Below, in pieces: positions 60,421 to 64,000 of a stretch of 64,000 bases of DNA. Below the pieces are notes generated by a model, which was given only the letters and a program-made list of their open reading frames with translations, was not told the DNA's origin and ran no database searches. Every line of letters begins with the position of its first letter. Position 1 is the stretch's first letter. The translations under genes and the position numbers were made by a program. This DNA is from Candidatus Latescibacterota bacterium (GTDB lineage Bacteria > Latescibacterota > UBA2968): the NCBI GenBank assembly GCA_965116885.1, contig OZ220741.1:3616001-3680000 (forward strand), given 5' to 3'.

Positions 60421-60891
60421 TTACCTCCCACTTCGGATGCGTGTCTTTAGTGCTTGTTCGACTTCGCGTTGGGCATCTCGGCGGGCAATATCGCGCCGCT
60501 TGTCAAATTGTTTTTTGCCGCGTGCCACGCCGAGTTCGACTTTGGCTTTGCCGCGTTTGAAATAGAGTTTGAGGGGAATTAATGTGTGGCCTCTTTCATT
60601 GACATATCCTCTCAGGCGATTGATTTCATGGCGGTGGAGCAGCAATTTTCGTTTGCGCTCGGTGTCGTGGTTAAACTGGTTGCCCTGTGCATATTCGCTG
60701 ATATGCGTGTTGTGCAAATAAGCTTCTCCGCCCTCAATACGCGCGTAGCCATCTTTCAAATTGGCCCGGCCTTCGCGCAGGGCTTTGACTTCTGTGCCCC
60801 GCAATTGCAGGCCGGCCTCATAAGTGCTGAGGATGTGGTAATCGCGCCGTGCTTTTCGGTTTTGCGCGATGATTTTGATGCTTTCTGACAT
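60421..60891 (-). CDS. smpB: SsrA-binding protein
   Basis: [27 protein letters not shown]. Confidence 0.97.
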   Translation of the reverse strand: MSESIKIIAQNRKARRDYHILSTYEAGLQLRGTEVKALREGRANLKDGYARIEGGEAYLHNTHISEYAQGNQFNHDTERKRKLLLHRHEINRLRGYVNERGHTLIPLKLYFKRGKAKVELGVARGKKQFDKRRDIARRDAQREVEQALKTRIRSGR

Positions 60892-60902
60892 TAAATCTCC
60901 GC

Positions 60903-61733
60903 TCACATATCAGGCTGAAGGATATGCATGAGATCTTCGAGTTTTTTTGCGCGATTTGGATCGTCCAGGTTTAGATACGTATATCTGAGGTTGTTCATCA
61001 TGCGAAAGAGCGTGAAGCAGTTGCTGGCTTCAGAAAAAAGATCTTTTGGAATTTTTTTTCCAATGAGGTCGGCGCATTCATTTGCCGTGAGGATCTGTCC
61101 CCGATTATGCGGGTCAATATAAATATGTTGATCGGTTTGGGTGTATTTGACGATGTAGTGTTCGGGTAAAGCAACACCTGAGATGGGCAATTCCAGGCGT
61201 TTTGCGAGAATGAGATAGACCGCAGAGAGCGTGATCGGCCAGCCACGCTTTCGATCTATTACGCGGTTGAAATACGTATCGTCGGGATCATAGCGGGTAG
61301 ATGCGTGAAACCCTTGCTCGTCAAAGAGATAATGGTTGAGCGTGCGAATGATGCGAATGGGATGATCGTCGGGGGCAATCCTGGGCGCGAGTTCAAAGGC
61401 CATGTATCCCAGGCGCGTTTTGTAAGCACTTTCATCGAGGTCGGGATATCCGAATCGCGCCAGCGCAAAGACGCCTTCTTCGAGGGCAATATCGCCGTGT
61501 TGGTCGCGTGTGAGATCGCGAAACCGCATATCGAGAGATGGTTCTCTAAATCGCCTGAGTACGCGGCTGACTTCTCGATGTGCGCGTGAGTCTTCGGCGC
61601 AGGCACTGTGGATTTCGCGTGTGGCCTTCTCGCCCAAATCATACAGTTTTTGGCGCATGCGATCCGCAATGTCGGGAGAGGCGTCCGATAGAAGCGATAC
61701 AATGGCGCGGATTTGTGCGGAGTGGAGTGTCAT
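60903..61733 (-). CDS. SirB1/transglutaminase-like family protein
   Basis: [32 protein letters not shown]. Confidence 0.8.
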   Translation of the reverse strand: MTLHSAQIRAIVSLLSDASPDIADRMRQKLYDLGEKATREIHSACAEDSRAHREVSRVLRRFREPSLDMRFRDLTRDQHGDIALEEGVFALARFGYPDLDESAYKTRLGYMAFELAPRIAPDDHPIRIIRTLNHYLFDEQGFHASTRYDPDDTYFNRVIDRKRGWPITLSAVYLILAKRLELPISGVALPEHYIVKYTQTDQHIYIDPHNRGQILTANECADLIGKKIPKDLFSEASNCFTLFRMMNNLRYTYLNLDDPNRAKKLEDLMHILQPDM

Positions 61734-63607
61734 ACAGGTGCACCGCGTCTTTTTAGCATAATCATGAGCAGAGCAATATCCGCAGGCGAAATGCCGGGAA
61801 TACGAGATGCCTGCCCCAGTGATCGAGGTCTAATGCGGGTGAATTTTTCAATAGCTTCATTTCGCAAAGCTGCAATGTCAGCATAGTTAAAGTTTTCGGG
61901 AATATATTTTTTTTCCAAATTGTGAAAGCGTTGCACCTGTTCTTCTTGTCGGTCGAGATATCCTTCGTATTTGAGTTCAATTTCGACCGATTCACACACA
62001 TCCTCGGGCAGGGTTTCAGAAGCAGGTGACAATTGTGTGACAATGCTGTAAGACAATTCTGGACGCCGCAAAAGTTCGGCGAGCGTCACCGCGCGTTTCA
62101 ATGGAGAAGAATGCGACGCTTTAAGTGTTGTTTGAATATCGTCGGTTGGGGTGAGGCGCGTTGATCGCAGCCGTTCGATTTCTTCGTCGATTTGTCGTTT
62201 GCGTTTGCAAAAGCGGTTATACGCTTCGTCGGAAAGCAGGCCGATTTTTCGTCCGAGTTCACACAGACGCAAATCCGCGTTGTCCTGTCGCAAGAGCAGG
62301 CGATATTCGGCCAGCGAGGTAAACATGCGATAGGGTTCTTCTGTGCCTTTGGTTACGAGGTCGTCGATCAGTACGCCAATATAAGCCTGCGAGCGATCCA
62401 GGATTATGGGATCGTCGCCCCGGGCTGTTAAGGCGGCGTTGATGCCCGCCATAATTCCCTGTCCAGCAGCTTCCTCGTATCCGGTGGTGCCGTTGATTTG
62501 TCCCGCAAAAAACAAACCGGCGATGGGTTTGGTTTCCAGGGTGGGATGGATTTGCGTCGGGGGTACATAGTCGTATTCGACGGCATAGGCCGGGCGCATG
62601 ATCTCCGCCCGTTCAAGACCGGGGATGCTGCGTACAACTTCGACTTGCACATCTTCGGGCAGGCTCATCGATAGGCCGTTGAGATAGACTTCAAGGGTGT
62701 GATATCCTTCGGGTTCGAGAAAAATTTGATGCCCGTCCTTGTCGGGAAAGCGCACAATTTTGTCCTCTACCGAGGGGCAATACCGGGGTCCTACACCCTG
62801 GATACGCCCGCTGTACATCGCCGAGCGATCCAGATTGCTGCGAATAATATCGTGCGTTTTTTGCACGGTCATTGTGAGATGACAGCTGAGTTGTTCTTGC
62901 TCAATGCAGTCGGTGTGGTAGGAAAAGGGCCGGGGATCGGCATCGCCGGGTTGCTCTTCGCAGGTGCTAAAATCGATGCTGCGCGCATTGACGCGCGGCG
63001 GGGTGCCGGTTTTGAGCCGTCCGAGTTCAAATCCGAGTTGTGAGAGGCCATCGGATGCTTTGTCGGCGGCTTGCTCACCTGCACGCCCCGCACTGTAGGA
63101 AAAATCGCCCACATGAATGAGGCCCTTGAGGAAGGTGCCCGTGGTCAGGATTACGGTCCTGGCGGCAAAAACAGTTTTGGCTTTGGTGACCACGCCCTCA
63201 ATGCGTCTGTTTTTGACCACGAGGTCTTCGAGCAAGCCCTGTTTGACGTCAAGATGTGGCTGGTTTTCGATTACTTCTTTCATGCGAAACTGATATGCTT
63301 TTTTATCAGCCTGCGCCCGGGGAGCCTGTACGGCGGGTCCTCTGCGCCGATTGAGCATGCGAAATTGCAGACCTGCGGCATCAATATTGTGCGCCATTTC
63401 ACCGCCCAGAGCATCAATTTCGCGCACCATATGGCCCTTTGCAATGCCGCCAATGGCCGGGTTGCACGACATCTGTGCGATGGTGTCGAGGTTCATGGTC
63501 AGCAGTAGCGTTTCACATCCCATACGCGCAGACGCCAGAGCGGCTTCTGCTCCCGCATGTCCACCGCCAACAACGATGACGTCGTATTTTTTTTCATAGA
63601 TCGACAT
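61730..63607 (-). CDS. mnmG: tRNA uridine-5-carboxymethylaminomethyl modification enzyme
   Basis: GGGHAG, SCNPAIGG, GPRYCPS, GQINGTTGYEEAA; start MSIYEKK. Confidence 0.98.
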   Translation of the reverse strand: MSIYEKKYDVIVVGGGHAGAEAALASARMGCETLLLTMNLDTIAQMSCNPAIGGIAKGHMVREIDALGGEMAHNIDAAGLQFRMLNRRRGPAVQAPRAQADKKAYQFRMKEVIENQPHLDVKQGLLEDLVVKNRRIEGVVTKAKTVFAARTVILTTGTFLKGLIHVGDFSYSAGRAGEQAADKASDGLSQLGFELGRLKTGTPPRVNARSIDFSTCEEQPGDADPRPFSYHTDCIEQEQLSCHLTMTVQKTHDIIRSNLDRSAMYSGRIQGVGPRYCPSVEDKIVRFPDKDGHQIFLEPEGYHTLEVYLNGLSMSLPEDVQVEVVRSIPGLERAEIMRPAYAVEYDYVPPTQIHPTLETKPIAGLFFAGQINGTTGYEEAAGQGIMAGINAALTARGDDPIILDRSQAYIGVLIDDLVTKGTEEPYRMFTSLAEYRLLLRQDNADLRLCELGRKIGLLSDEAYNRFCKRKRQIDEEIERLRSTRLTPTDDIQTTLKASHSSPLKRAVTLAELLRRPELSYSIVTQLSPASETLPEDVCESVEIELKYEGYLDRQEEQVQRFHNLEKKYIPENFNYADIAALRNEAIEKFTRIRPRSLGQASRIPGISPADIALLMIMLKRRGAPV

Positions 63608-63615
63608 ATTTGTTT

Positions 63616-64000
63616 TTATCGCTGAGCGTGTACTGGTGTGCCAATTGCCAGAAGATGATCGTTTTGCGATTCGCTTTGTATCGTTTCGACTTCGAATCCC
63701 AGATCGGTAATCATCTGGTGTGTATCTTCTACATCCAGGCCGCCTGTGGTCAAATACCCTTCCATAAAGAGCGAGTTGGCTGGATAAAGCGCCAGAGGTT
63801 GGAGGGATCGGAGATTTTTTTCTCGACCACCCGCTACGCGAATTTCGGTTGATGGGTTGACAAATCGGAACAGACACAATGCGCGCAAACAATCGTGAGG
63901 GGTTAAGGAATTTTGATTCGACAGGGGCGTGCCCGCGATGGGGTGCAGGAAATTGACGGGAATGGAGTTGACGCCGAGGTCGCGCAAAGACACCGCCATA
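63616..64000 (-). CDS. bioB: Biotin synthase, 3' part
   Basis: SIPVNFL.PI.GTP, IRVAGGRE, ANSLF..GYLTT.G. Confidence 0.9.
   Translation of the reverse strand, partial: MAVSLRDLGVNSIPVNFLHPIAGTPLSNQNSLTPHDCLRALCLFRFVNPSTEIRVAGGREKNLRSLQPLALYPANSLFMEGYLTTGGLDVEDTHQMITDLGFEVETIQSESQNDHLLAIGTPVHAQR

Noticed and set aside
63608..63892. N-terminal extension of MnmG in the ORF track
   Set aside because: It overlaps bioB in another frame; recognisable MnmG sequence begins at 63607.
1..64000. CRISPR array or cas genes
   Set aside because: No regularly spaced direct repeats with unique spacers and no cas-like ORFs were seen.

Overview
This is a bacterial genomic window with two sharply different halves. 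Positions 1 to about 39,500 are a hypervariable accessory array of about 42 mostly unrelated single genes or gene fragments, 41 of them on the minus strand. They include phosphotransferases, NUDIX, HAD, GNAT, methyltransferases, sialidases, a sulfatase, GH4, trpD, HigBA and a TIR protein. The spacers contain a family of integron attC-like hairpins and a duplicated attI-like motif, but no integrase is present in the window. The most unusual feature is a 'ghost' copy (10352-12424) of the ends of two resident genes, a Ham1-like pyrophosphatase and trpD, whose interiors are replaced by unrelated genes. Positions from about 39,500 to 64,000 are core genome: ispH, an XRE/YWTD islet, rplM-rpsI-rpsB-tsf-frr (no pyrH), aroC, an acyl-CoA ligase, mutY, SDRs, and a minus-strand bioB-mnmG-SirB1-like-smpB-DnaC-like-rph-rdgB operon. 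The core half also holds a candidate leader-peptide/structured RNA before rplM, a probable non-AUG start directly after smpB, and two small membrane-protein ORFs absent from the ORF track. Gene order and content suggest an FCB-group, possibly host- or sponge-associated, bacterium (inference only). All family assignments come from motif recognition by eye; no database search was run.
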